Under the pieces are notes generated by a model, which was not told the DNA's origin, ran no database searches, and saw only the letters and a program-made list of their open reading frames with translations. 64,000 nt of DNA from the human T2T-CHM13v2.0 reference genome, Homo sapiens. Both the position numbers and the translations under genes were made by a program. Shown in pieces: positions 11,640-23,444 of this stretch; position 1 is the first letter of the stretch; the number at the start of each line of letters is the position of its first letter. The DNA lies in assembly GCF_009914755.1 (NCBI RefSeq), contig NC_060933.1; one strand, written 5' to 3'.

Positions 11640-12230
11640 AACGGAGAACATTTACTAATTACCATTCGCTAATTACCATTCAGGCAATTTCCATAATTGT
11701 CTCAAGAAAAGATTTGATCAGCCAAACTGTGAGCAGAAACAGCCTCGGCGGAGGGAAAGCCAAAGGCACAGCACGGGGTGCAGAAACCAATGGAAACAGA
11801 CCACACAGGCCACGGGGAGACCCGGAACGTCTGGGTCCAGTCTAGGCCCCTCCCCATTCTATAGAAAGGGAAGCTGAGGCGCATGGAGGCCACGTGGCCC
11901 GACCCAGCTCCCATGGAAAGTCTGTGAGCAAAACGGCAGATTGTGCATTGTGTGGATTGTGCGCCACGTGGAGACATTGGTAGCGTTGAAATCCATCAGG
12001 GCACATTATGGGGTTCGCTCTTGAAAACCCTCCCAAAGACAATGCACCGTTCCTTGAAGCTAATTGCTTTAGTTTGAGGTAATATTCGTCACAGAAACAC
12101 CAGCAGTAACCTTTGGTCTTGGCAAATTCTCCCCTCAATCACATAACGTAAACAGCGATAAACGAGGGCTTTTTAAGGCTTTCTTCATAATGCGTTACAC
12201 ATGCATTTGTTACTGAATCTGCGTGAGCTC
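11640..12230. promoter_or_regulatory. Candidate enhancer (homeodomain/PBX-HOX/FOX/SOX motif cluster), split by a small MIR piece at ~11845-11925
   Basis: CTAATTACCATTC twice; ATCCATCA 11991-11998; TCAATCA 12135; GTAAACA 12148; ACAATG. Confidence 0.5.
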
Positions 12231-12329
12231 CAAGCCCTGAAATCTGAGCTCAGCTGGGAGGTGAGTGGGCTGGTCCGCCTGCGGTGGGGTCAGCGTCCCC
12301 AGGAGACACCCAGCCCAACCGGCCGGGCC

Positions 12330-12715
12330 CCTTCCCCCACTCCTCCTCCTCCCCTCCCTTCTCCCCACTCCTCCACCTTCTCACCAGCTTCTCTCTCTCC
12401 CCTTTCTCTCTAGCCCTTTCTTCTACTCTGTCTCCCTTTGTCTCACCCTGCATCTCTTCTTTCTTTTTTCTGTCTTTCACTCTCTGGACCTGCTTGTGGT
12501 TCTTTTACTTTGTCATCTTGGCCTCAGTTTCTGTGTGTCGGTGTTCTGCTCTCTGATTTTCTCTGTATTTCTCTCCTTGTACGATTCTCTGTCTCTCCTT
12601 GTCTGACTGATTCTCCCTCTTTGTCTCTTCATCTCTCTCTCTCATCTCTGTCTCTCCAACTGTCCCCTTACACATACCCTGCAAAGAGCCTGGCTCCCCC
12701 TCCTCCTTCCTTTTC
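12330..12715. repeat. Pyrimidine-rich (CT) low-complexity tract
   Basis: About 380 bp dominated by C/T on the + strand. Confidence 0.85.
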
Positions 12716-14529
12716 TACCCAGGGGATTCAGAGGAGTATTCACCTAGGGGTGGGGGATTGCAGCAGTGGAGGATGAACAAAGCATTTGGGAGGCTCACAA
12801 GAAGGCTCATGGTCTTTAGGTGGGGGTGGGAGAAGTCAGGGCGGGCTGCGTGGAGGTGATGAAGTTCATTTGAGTGAAGTCTGGGAGGAGCAATAGGAAC
12901 CGGCCACATGGAGGTGGCAAGAACAGCATTTCACGCAGAGGAACCATGGACGCGCAGGCACAGGGATGAAACCCTCTTGCTGTCTGCATGGCCCTCACTG
13001 CACAGAGGAGTGACTGCCCCGATCTGCTAGGCTAAGAGGAGGGCAAGGCGCAGAGAGGGCAATGCTGCTAGAGGCAGGCCATGAGTGGGTGACGGCAGGA
13101 CCCAGCCATCTCACCTGACCAGACCTGGGCCTTCCTCACTGAGGCAGCTCTTGTTGGCTTCCCATCCCCAGGGATCTCTGCAGGGACCACAGGTGGACAA
13201 ACAGAAGGCTTCCAGAAAATGGAAGGCTTTATAGGGAGGGGAAATGTTGCAGGACTGTGTTAAAAGTCCATCTTCTTCCCCAGAAACCTGCCTGGTCCAT
13301 CTCAGGCATGTCAGCCCCACCTCTCCAGGCCACAGGCCTCAGCGTGTCTGCTCCCTTCCCCACTCACCATTGCCCACTTGGCCTCAGACTCTGCAATTCT
13401 ACCAGTCAAGCCCTCATCCCCATCCTGGACAGTGGCAGCTGCCGCCTCTCAGGCCCTGGCTCCCCGCACCCCCACAGCCTGTCTCCACTGTGGCCACCCA
13501 AGCCTGACCATCCCTCCTCAGATTAGACCCTCCATGGCCATCTCAGAGAGAAGCCGGCCCCACAACGTCCCAGAGACCATACCTCTGACCCCTCCGTCAC
13601 CACCGAATGTTACCTTTTCAGAGGGGCCTCTTGTGGGCCCAAGGCCCTGCAATTTTGCTTCACTGTGCCCCCCAACACACACAGAATTTACTTATTTTCT
13701 TGGGTCACTCTCCACCCCCACTTGACTGGGCTCCTAGAGCTGTGTGTTGCCTGCCCTGCCCTGGTGGGACAGTGTCCCTGAGCTGAGAACCTGACACTGG
13801 GGTGGGCACAGGAGGGGCTGCAGGCAGGGGAGCTGCAGGGTGCAGGGACATGGTGCAGGCATGGGGGCCCCAGGCCCTTCCAAGGGACGCTCCTGTCCCC
13901 CAGGTGCCCAGGCCCTCCAGGGAGGCACTCTCCACTTGCTGGGCTCTGCGATTCAGACAGCGGGACCCTCATGGGGCCCTGGCCTCACCTGTGAGCAGCA
14001 GGCTCTGGGGCTGCTCCAGGAATGGAGCCAGAGGCCTCTGCAGGCCCTCGTGCTACTCAAATAACAAGAACATTGAACATTGCAGCAGTGTAACGTAAAA
14101 GACCAGTTTCCTTCAGCACCCATTTTAGTGAGCCTGAAAGAGATTTCCTGACGGCCCCAGCCCAGAACCAGCCCTACGGTGGAGTGTCAGCAGAACCTCC
14201 GTGCTCCTCTCTGGCAGCTCCCTTGAGCCTTCAACCCCCTTGCCCAGTGGGGGCTAGGGAGGGGGAGTTGGGGGCAGGTCCTGCAGCCTCACTCCTGCCT
14301 TCTAAGGTCACTTCCAGGAAGCATCTCCTCTGCGCCCTCCGACCTCCTAAACCCCCAATCCTGAATCTATATCCCCCACATCATGGTGAGGGCGGGTTTG
14401 TCAGGTTTTAAAAGCTTTATTTTTTGGGCTTAGGGATGTTTGAGTTTTCCTTTAATTTTTCTTCTTTAAAACATCCTCATGCATTACATATGCTTACCCA
14501 CGTTTGATATATTTCACAATTATAAAATA

Positions 14530-14940
14530 GTTTTTTAAATAAAAAGGGCACATGAATAACGTTATTCATTAAGGTTAACTATCAGGTTAAGATAATTAAA
14601 GTGTTGTAAGATCTTAACATTATTTACAAGGAATAAAAATAGTTATTAATGTTAGACTTTGGGAAATAATACATATTGTAATTTCTAGAGTAATCTCAAA
14701 AGAAAAATGGTATATAATTTTCAAACTAGTAGTGGAAAAAATGAAATGCTAAAAATAATCAATTCAAAGGAATAACAGAAAAGAAATATGGAACGGACCA
14801 CAAATAAAAAGCAGAAAATAAGATGGAAAATTAAAGCCCAGCTATACCAGTAATTACATTCTATGTACATGGGCCAAATGCTTCCATAAAAGACAAATGT
14901 CATCAGATTGAATTTTAATAATTCGAACTACATGCTCTTT
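14530..14940 (+). mobile_element. Old L1M inter-ORF/ORF2-start fragment
   Basis: cccagctataccagtaattacattctatgtacatgggccaaatgcttccataaaagac resembles the L1 ORF2 N-terminus. Confidence 0.7.
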
Positions 14941-14954
14941 TTTGTTTAAATGAC

Positions 14955-15835
14955 AAACTTTATTTTTTAATTGACACATTGTAATTGTACGTATTTATAG
15001 GGTGCATTTTGATGTTTTGATGTATATCTATGTTGTATAATGATCCAATTAGGGTAGTTAATGTATCCATCACCTTATGCATTTATCATTTCTTTGTGGT
15101 GAGAACATTCAAAAGACCCCCTTCTAGCTATTTTGGAAAATGCAATACTCTTTACCATAGGCACCCTATTATGCAATAGAACACCAGAACTCATTTCTTC
15201 TCTCTAAATGTAACTTTGTACCTGTTGACTAACGTCTCCCCATCCTCCCCACTCTCTTCCCTCCCCAATCTCTGGTAACCACTGTTCTACTCTCTGCTTC
15301 TATGATTATCAACTTTTTTTTCCTTTTTAGATTCCACATATGGGCAAGATTATGTGGTATCTGTCTTTCTGTGTCTGGAGTATTTCGGTTAACATAATGT
15401 CCTCCAGGTTCATCCACGTTGCCAAGATGACAGGACGTCCTTCTTTTTATGGCTGAATAGTATTCCATTGCATGTATGTACCACATTTTCTGTATCCATT
15501 CAACCACTGATGACTCTTAGATTGACTCCATATCTTGGTTGTTGTTGTGAATAATGCTGCAATAAATGTGGGAGTGCAGAGATCTCTTCAACATACTGGT
15601 TTCATTGCTGGATCATATGGTAGTTCTATTTTTAATTTTTTTGAGGAACTCAGGCTGTTTTCCATAATGGCTGTACTAGTTTACATTCCCACCAACAGTG
15701 TATAAGAGTTCCCTTTTCTCCACGTCCTCACCAGCACTTGTTGCCTTTTGTCTTTTTGGTAATGGCCATTCTAACTGGAGTGAGATGATACCTCATGGTG
15801 ATTTTGATTTGCATTTCCCTGATGATTAATGATAT
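14955..15835 (-). mobile_element. L1MA-type 3' end, 5'-truncated
   Basis: tttattttttaattgacacattgtaattgtac tail junction; tttttatggctgaatagtattccattg; ttacattcccaccaacagtg. Confidence 0.85.
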
Positions 15836-15846
15836 TGCACATTGTG

Positions 15847-16139
15847 GTTTTTTTTTGTTTGCTTTTGTTTTTTGTTTTGAGATGGAGTCTCTCTCTGTCG
15901 CCGAGGCTGGAGTGCAGTGACACGATCGCAGCTCACCGCAGCCTCCACCTCCCCAGTTGAAGTGATTCTCCTGCCTCAGCCTCCTGAGTAGCTGGGATTA
16001 CAGGCGTGTGCCACCATGCCCAGCTAATTTTTGTATTTTTACTAAAGACAGGGTTTCACCATGTTGGCCGGGCTGGTCGTGAACTCCTGACCTCAGGTGA
16101 TCCACCCGCCTCGGCCTCCTAGAGTGCTGGGATTACAGG
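15847..16139 (-). mobile_element. AluS (Sx-like), about 20 bp 5'-truncated
   Basis: Antisense Alu with T tail; 11-bp TSD TGCACATTGTG at 15836-15846 and 16140-16150. Confidence 0.95.
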
Positions 16140-16409
16140 TGCACATTGTGTTTTGATGTATGTCTCCCCAACCACTCAAACAAGCCTGAGACCACCACTC
16201 ACATCTGCAACAAATCTGTCATCAGTGCCTGCTGCCCATGTCTGTCCTGTGCAGTCTCTGTCCCCAGAGCCCATGTCCTCAGACTCCAACCCTTCTGAGG
16301 GAGGAGCCATCTGTCCCCAGAGCCTGACACACAGTGGAGCTCAAGGATGCCCCTAAGGGCATCTGTGTATGGAACGTCTGCAGAACTCACTGTCCCTCAG
16401 TTCTGAATG

Positions 16410-16605
16410 GAGCCATGGGGGTTTGAGCACTGGATGATCATGTACCACACCAAACCCTGACACCAACCTTTATGGCTGTGTGACCCTGAGCATTTGTTCA
16501 TATGGGGCCTCAGTTTTCTCATCTGTAAGGTGGTAATAAATTTGCCCCAGGCTTACAAGGGAGCCTCAGGGAGATGAGCTGATAGCCCAGCACTGGTGAG
16601 ACACA
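16410..16605 (+). mobile_element. MIR
   Basis: ggctgtgtgaccctgag...gcctcagttttctcatctgtaagg. Confidence 0.75.
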
Positions 16606-16649
16606 AAGGGAGGGGATGGAAAAAAAGATGATGAAGATGGCAAGAGCAG

Positions 16650-17070
16650 TATGTATGTATATGTGTGTGCATACATATGTGTATATATGTGTGTGTACAT
16701 GTTTGTCCTATGTATGCATGTGTGTGCATGCATGTCTGTAATATGTATGCATGTATAAATGTATGGCTATGCAAAAGTTTGTATGCATTTGTGCATGTAT
16801 ATGTATATTATATATTTAGGTAGTACATGTGTGAATGTGTATGTGTATTTATGTGGGTATGTGTATATGTGCACATTTACACATGTGTGTGTGTGTGGGT
16901 ATGTCTATCTGTATGTTTTTATGAGTATATTATTGTATCTGTTTTCTGTGTGCACATGTATGTATGTGCGTGTACATGTGTGTACACGCATACATGGTGT
17001 GTGTGCACTTGTGTGTATTATGTGTCCATACAAGGCATGTATTTGTGTGTGTGCATATGTATGTGTGTAT
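16650..17070. repeat. Degenerate (TG/TA)n low-complexity tract
   Basis: About 420 bp of alternating purine-pyrimidine tgtgtatg-type sequence. Confidence 0.9.
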
Positions 17071-18576
17071 CACTCACTTGGTCACACTGGCCCTATGAGT
17101 TTTCATTTTCAGACCCAAATTTGCTCTCAAACTTTTCACTGGAAGCCTGGTTGCCGATTGCTCAAAACAAATCACATCAGATGCTGTGTGCAGGCCTTTG
17201 TTCTGGGCAGAGCACCAATGGCCTTGTTATGTTAAAGAATGCACTCACTTCGCACAGAGGGGACAAGGAGAAAGTTGTGAGTCCAGCCCTGCAGGGATCA
17301 GCAGGAGCTGAGTGACCAGCACAGTGGACGGTGACATTCAACTGATGCACTGTTCGGAGGGCCAGATGGCAGTAACGGGCAATGATGAACTTTGCAGACA
17401 CAGGGCTGAACAGAAAAAGCAAAATACCGACATGAAAAACTCACAGGCACAAAACAACATGTGTTCAAGAAACAAATTCCAGACAAAAGGAAACACCAAA
17501 CACATAGGAATGGGGGCCTCCTGGGGAGGGATTTGGAAACAAGGGAACAAGTCCGAAATTTAAATTAGAGGGCTGCCTGGCCAGCCGGTAGGGGTGACTC
17601 CCCGCCAACTGAGGGCACTGGGTAACAGGCCCAGATGAAAATAACAGCTGCCATTTTACACACAAAAGGCACAGACCCTGTGAAATACTGTCAGAGTGGA
17701 GTACAAGGATGTCACGATGGCCACAGTCTCCTGGGGCTTCCAGGAGCTTCTCACTGGGCCAGGGGTTTTCTGATCTATGCAACAGGCACCACTCCTGGCC
17801 AGAGGCCACTCCACACATTTTCATCAGGAACCCAGGGCTCTGGGGAGTTCATGCCCATGAGCAACCAGTGAGAACTCATGGGGGCAGGTGGAGTGGACAT
17901 GGATGTGCAGAGAGAGCCCCCCAAATCCAAGCCTTGCCTAGGGCCTTCTGTTCACTCTCGCGCTGTGGGCAGAGGTCCCTGGAGAGCCAGTGAGAGGACA
18001 AGGTCATTTCCTGCCCAGCAGGTCCCCACCCCCGTCTCTGGCCTGAGAGAAGCCTGAGAGCCAGCTGCTGGGGAGCCCGCCCCCAGGTGGCATGGCCTGG
18101 GCAGGGGGTGAAATGTCAGCTGTGGGCTGCCAGACTAGAGTTCTCGGCTAGTCCTGACCCTGCATCCCACCTCCCACCATCCCAGAACCCCAGAGCAGAG
18201 CAGCAGCCGAGCCTCAGATATCTCGTACTACCACCTGCTTGCTCCCTGACCAGGAGGCCAAGGCTGGAGGGAAGACACAGCCTTGGGGACAGGGTGAGGG
18301 TCTTATGGCCATGTTGGCTCCTGAGCAAGGATCTGTGGCTGGTGGGGTTCACCTTAGGGGATGGGAGGACAGAAATTTCACATGTATCACACGCACACAC
18401 AACGCATGCACCACACAAGCTTCACACACCACATGCACACACGTGCACCACACACATACACACAATACTGAGCTTTCACACTTTCCAAAGCCTGACTGGC
18501 TGCCCCAGCCGCACTGCAGCCCTGGGTTCCGTGGGCTGGGAGCTGAGCCTGTGGGACTAGGACACCTGCCCACAGC

Positions 18577-18645
18577 CACTCACACAGCCATCCCATGACC
18601 CCTCACACAGCCACCCTATGACCACTCACACAGCCACCCCATTAC
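18577..18645. repeat. Minisatellite, 3 x 23 bp (CACTCACACAGCCACCCYATGAC-like)
   Basis: Units start at 18577, 18600 and 18623. Confidence 0.9.
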
Positions 18646-19329
18646 TGAGTCCAGGTGCCTCTGACCCCCTGCTCTGTTGGGGCTTGGATGCCTACTTGGC
18701 CACCCTCTCCTCTCACAGGTGGGGACACTGAGATCCAGAGAGTAGCTGTGACACAGCTGGCAGGTAACAGGATGGGGCTTCCCACCCAGCCAAACCCTCA
18801 GGCCTTCCCTGGCCCCTGGAACTAGAGGATTCTACACTTTCCTCTGGCAGGACAAGTCCTTTGCTATTTTTACCGTAAATCTGTCTCTCCTTAGACATCT
18901 GCTCCTCCAGGAAGTTCTCCCTGGCTCCCTCTCCCCCGGCTCACCCCGGGATGAACTGGTACCCCTGTGATGCATGGAGTACCTGTTCCAACTTGGACAC
19001 ACAGTGCTACTCCCTTCCTCCCGCCAGGTTCTCTGAGACAGAGACCTTATCTGGTGGGTCCTGTCCGTGCCCAGTACCCAGCCGAGTATCAGGAGCTGAC
19101 AGGGCAGCTGCACTCTTATGAGTAAGCTACCAAATGGGAGATTGCCCCAATGTTCTCTATTTATTAAGCAAACACACAAAGACACCTGACCTCCCACAGT
19201 CTGGGATGTAGTGGACCTGTCAGGTCCCACCCAGCCCTGGCCTTCTGCACCCTCTGTTCCCACAGTCTCAAGGTGAAATCCACTCTCCTATCAGCCCCTG
19301 AGGCTCCTTTGCAGGGAGAGAGGTGCCCT

Positions 19330-19612
19330 GAAGCTGCTGGAACCCACTTTGCGTCTACACCTGAAGGATGGGGAGCACCTCAGAATTCAGACCTCAGGTA
19401 TTACCAGTCCTTGGCCGATGACCATCAGACAGGGAATGTGGCAGTCCTCGCTCCACATTGGAATGGGCTTGAAAAGCGCCCAGCAGGAGGGGCTCATGGA
19501 CTTTGCCTGGCCTCACACCCTTTCTTGGCTCCTCTGCCTTTTCTGCTCTTTCCTCATCAGTCACCTTCACACCAGCCCTCAACTCAGGCTCTGCTTCTGG
19601 GATTGGTTACTG
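19330..19612 (+). mobile_element. Old ERVL LTR fragment (LTR16-like)
   Basis: gacagggaatgtggcag...tcaccttcacaccagccctcaactcaggctctgcttctggga resembles the LTR16 3' end. Confidence 0.55.
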
Positions 19613-19628
19613 AAAATTGTCCTATCAA

Positions 19629-19957
19629 GTCTGGGCATAATGGCTTATAACTGTAACCCCAGCACTTTGGGAGGCCAAGGTAGGAGGATCGCTTGAGGCC
19701 AGAATTCAAGACCAGCCTGGGTAACATAACAAGACACTGTCTCTATATATAAAACACACACACACACACACACACAAAACACAAATTAGCCGGGTGTGGT
19801 ACTGCATGCCTGTAGCCCCAGCTACTAGGGAGGCTAAGGCAAGAGGATCACTTGAACACAGGAGGTTGAGGCTGCAGTGAGCCGTGACTGTGCCACTGCA
19901 CTCCAGGCTGGGTGACAGAGCAAGGTTGCCCAGAACAAGGCTCTGTCTCTTAAAAAG

Positions 19958-20028
<71 letters not shown>

Positions 20029-20031
20029 AAA
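19629..20031 (+). mobile_element. AluJ with (CA)n linker and (GAAA)n tail
   Basis: AluJ diagnostics (ggaggatcgcttgaggcc, gaggctgcagtgagc); TSD AAAATTGTCCTATCAA at 19613-19628 and AAAATTGTCCTAGCAA at 20032-20047. Confidence 0.95.
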
Positions 20032-20485
20032 AAAATTGTCCTAGCAAGCACATTTTTGGTGAGGCTCTGGAGTTGGGGCCCCAACTGGGTACAGGGCCAT
20101 AGGGACCCCACTGTTGGTGCTGAGTGGAGTGGCAGAAACCACTGGCTGCTGCAGAAATGCACTTGCTACAATCCCCCTTCCTCCAAGTTGGGGGGCAGGG
20201 GTGTGCACGGGCCGGGCAATGCATCTAGCATTTAAGAGATGGGGGTAGATTGTAATGAGAAGGGCTGCAATTTGCTGTGGGTGGATGAGAAGTAGAATGG
20301 AAATAAGCTCAGGTCAGGAAATCACAGGCAATACCCGTGGCCTCACAGCCATGTTTAAAGAGCTCCTGGTGCCCTGCAGCTGGGCCATGGGCTGTGAAAA
20401 GAGCTGAGAGTAGCAGAACCACAGAGAAACCTGAATTCAGAGCTGCCACCGGGCTACCAAGGGCAGAAGGGACCCTGTGACCTGG

Positions 20486-21132
20486 TGCTTGGGTTTCCTG
20501 TCCCTGCTATAACAAATCACTACCAACTGAGCAAGCTTTGAGCTACAAGCTTTGAGCAACACATTCATGCTCTTACAGTGCTGTGGGCCAAACAACCAGA
20601 AGTTCTGTATCTCCAGGCTCACCAGGGTCCCCTGCTTAGGGTCTCACAAGGCTGTAACCCAGGTGCCAGTCAGGCTGTGCTCCTTTCTGGAAGTGCTCAG
20701 GATGAATCTGCTGCTAAACTCATTCAGGTTGTTGGTTCAATAGTGCTTCCTGTGGTTGCAGAACTGAAGTCCCCTTTCTTGTTGGCTCTCAGCCAGGGCT
20801 GAGGGGTCTTTGCTCCTAGAAGAAAGTGCCACATCCCTTCCAAGGGTTCCACATGGCTCCCCCTGTAGCAGAGGGTCAAGTTCCTCTCAGATTTCAAATC
20901 TCTCCGATTTCCTCGTCTGAGATATCCCTGACACCAACTGGCAGAGTACTTTGCTTTTAGGAACTCAAGTGATTAGATTGGGCCCTACTGGACAATCTAG
21001 CACAATTTCCCTATTTCTGGTCTGTATCCCCCAGCACAACTGCAAAATCCATCTTGGCATGTAAGGCAGTGTATTCACAGGATCCAGGAGTTGGGGTGGG
21101 CAACTTAGGGGGGCGTTATTCTGCAGACCACA
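20486..21132 (-). mobile_element. MLT1 (E/F-like) MaLR LTR
   Basis: ctgctataacaaatcact...gggtctcacaaggctg...tgattagattgggccc...ttattctgcagaccaca. Confidence 0.8.
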
Positions 21133-21165
21133 GGCATAATAAAGTGAATATAGCCTGATGGACTT

Positions 21166-21224
21166 TGTATTAGTTCATTCTTGCATTGCTGTAAAGAAAT
21201 ACCTGAAACTGGGTAATTTATAAG
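21166..21224 (-). mobile_element. MST LTR terminal fragment (duplicated copy)
   Basis: tgtattagttcattcttgcattgctgtaaagaaatacctgaaactgggtaatttataag; reverse-complement match to 21973-22031. Confidence 0.85.
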
Positions 21225-21225
21225 A

Positions 21226-22031
21226 CCGTTGGGAGTCCACCACTTGCACCAGTGTGCCCTGGATATAAGACATAGAGTCAAAGGAGATTATTTTGGAGCT
21301 TTAAGATTTAATGGCTGCCTGGCTGGGTTTCAAACTTGCATGGGGCCTGTAGCCCCTTTCTTTTGGCTGATTTCTCCCTTCTGAAATAGGAATGTTTACC
21401 CAATCCCTATACCCCCATTGTATATTGGAAGTAGCTAACTAGTTTTTATTTTACAGGCTCATAGATGGAAGGGAGCTGCCTTATCTCAGATGAGCCTTTG
21501 CACTTTGGACCTTTGAGTTAATGCTAGAATTAGTTAAGACTTTGGGAGACTATTAGGAAGGCAAGATTATATTTTGAAATGTGAAAAGAATATGAGATTT
21601 AGGAGGGGCCAGGGTAGAATGATATAGTTTGTATATTTGTCCCTGCCCAAATCTTATGCTGAATTATAATCCCCAGTGTTGTAGATGAGGTCTAGTGGGA
21701 GGTGTCTGGATCATGGGGGCAGATACCACATGATTGGCTTGGGCCATCCCCTTGGTGATAAGTGAGCTCTAAGTTCACATGAGATCTCATAATTTAAAAG
21801 TGTGTGGCACCTCCACCACCCCTGCTCCTCTCCCTCTCTCACACACACACACGCGCACGCGCTCTTGTTCTCACTATGTGATGTGCTTACTCCTCCTTTG
21901 CCTTCTGTCATGATTGGAAGCTTTCTGAGACCTCTCCAGCCTGCAGAACCATGAACCAATTAAAATTATCTGCTTATAAATTACCCAGTCTCAGGTATTT
22001 CTTTACAGCAATGTAAGAACAAACTAATACA
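21226..22031 (+). mobile_element. MST internal 3' part, polypurine tract and complete MST LTR (~21619-22031), inverted relative to the rest of the element
   Basis: gagtcaaaggagattattttggagctttaag (MaLR internal); aggaggggccagggtagaa|tgatatagtttg ... aaactaataca. Confidence 0.9.
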
Positions 22032-22225
22032 AAATCTATCAGGCTATATTCACTTTATTATTTTTTCTCTCTGCTCCTCAGTGTCAACAATTTCAATTGT
22101 TGAGGTTGAATTGTTAATTATTCAGTTGTCCTATCTTCAAGTTCATGGATTCTTTCTTTTGCCTGCTCAAATATGCTATTGAATCCCTCTAATGAATTTT
22201 TCATTTTAGTTCTACTTTTCACTTT
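22032..22225 (-). mobile_element. Inverted L1 ORF1 fragment belonging to the L1 that resumes at 23445
   Basis: Reverse strand reads KMKNSLEGFNSIFEQAKERIHELEDRT (L1 ORF1p coiled-coil-like). Confidence 0.85.
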
Positions 22226-23444
22226 CTTGCAGGGTTTAGCCCCCAGGGCTGCTCTCATAGGCTGGTGTTGAGTGTCTGTGGCTTTTTCAGGTGCAGGGTG
22301 CAAACTGCTGGTAGATCTACCATTCTTGGGTTTGGAGAACAGTGGCCCCCTTCTCACAGCTCCACTAGGCAGTGCCCCATTGGAAACTCTGTGTGTGGGC
22401 TCCAACACCACATTTCCCCTTGGCACTGCCCTAGTAGACATTCTCTGTGAGGGCTCCACCCCACAGCAGGCTTCTGCCTGGACATCTGGGCTTTTCCTAC
22501 ATGCTCTGAAATCTAGGCAGAGGTTCCCAAGCCTCAACTGTTGCACTCTATGCACTTGCAGGCTTAACACCACATGGGAGCCACCAAAGCTTATGGCTTG
22601 CACCCTCTGAAGCAGTGGTTCAAGCTTTACCTGGGGCCCTTTGAGCTGAGGCTGGAGCTGGAGCAGCTGGGATGTGAGGAGCAGTTCCTTGAGGCTGCAC
22701 AGGGCAGTGAGACCTTGGGTCTGGCCCATGAAACTATTCTTTCCTCCTCGGCCTCTGGGCCTGTGATGGGAGGTGCTGCCATGTAGGTCTCTGAAATGCC
22801 TTCAAGGCCTTTTTTCCATTGTCTTGCCTATCAGTACTTGGCTCTTTAGTTATGCGAATATTGCTAATAAATGGTTGCTCCATAGCCTGCTTGAATTTCT
22901 CTCCTTAAAAAGCTTTTTCTTTTTCTTCCACATGACCAGGCTGCAAGTTTTCCAAACTTTTATGTTCTGCTTCCCTTTTAAATATAAGTTCCAAATTTAA
23001 GTCATTCCTTTGCTCCCATATCTGAGCACAGGTTGTTAGAAGTAGCCAGGCCACATCTTGAATGCTTTGCTGCTTGGGAATTTCTTCTACCAGGTACCCT
23101 ATATCATCACTATAAAGTTCAAACTTCCACAGCCCCACAGGGCATAAACGGAATGCAGCCAAGCTTTTTGCTAAGGCATAACACATGTGATCTTTGCTCC
23201 AGTTTCTAATAGTTCCTCATTTTCATCTGAGACCTCATCAGCCTGGATTTCATTTTCCATATCACTATCAGCATTTTCGTCACAACCATTTAACCAGTCT
23301 CAAAGAAGTTTCAAACTTTCCCTCACCTTCCTATCTTCTGAGCCCTCCAAACTCTTCCAAACTCTGCCTGTTACCCAGTTCCACAGTTGCTTCCACAATT
23401 TCAGGTATCTTTGTAGCAATGCCCCACTCCTCAGTACTAATTTT
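22226..23444 (-). mobile_element. MST (MaLR) internal region, 5' part
   Basis: cttctcacagctccactaggcagtgcccc, ttccaaactctgcctgttacccagttcca; ends gcaatgccccactcctcagtactaatttt. Confidence 0.9.

Noticed and set aside
16759-17315. Cys/Val-rich ORFs; also the (RKKE)n/(FFLS)n ORFs at 19706-20224
   Set aside because: These are translations of simple repeats.
22118-22729. 203-aa ORF fusing MaLR-internal and L1 ORF1 peptide
   Set aside because: It is an accidental read-through across the inversion junction at ~22225, with no evidence of a promoter or expression.
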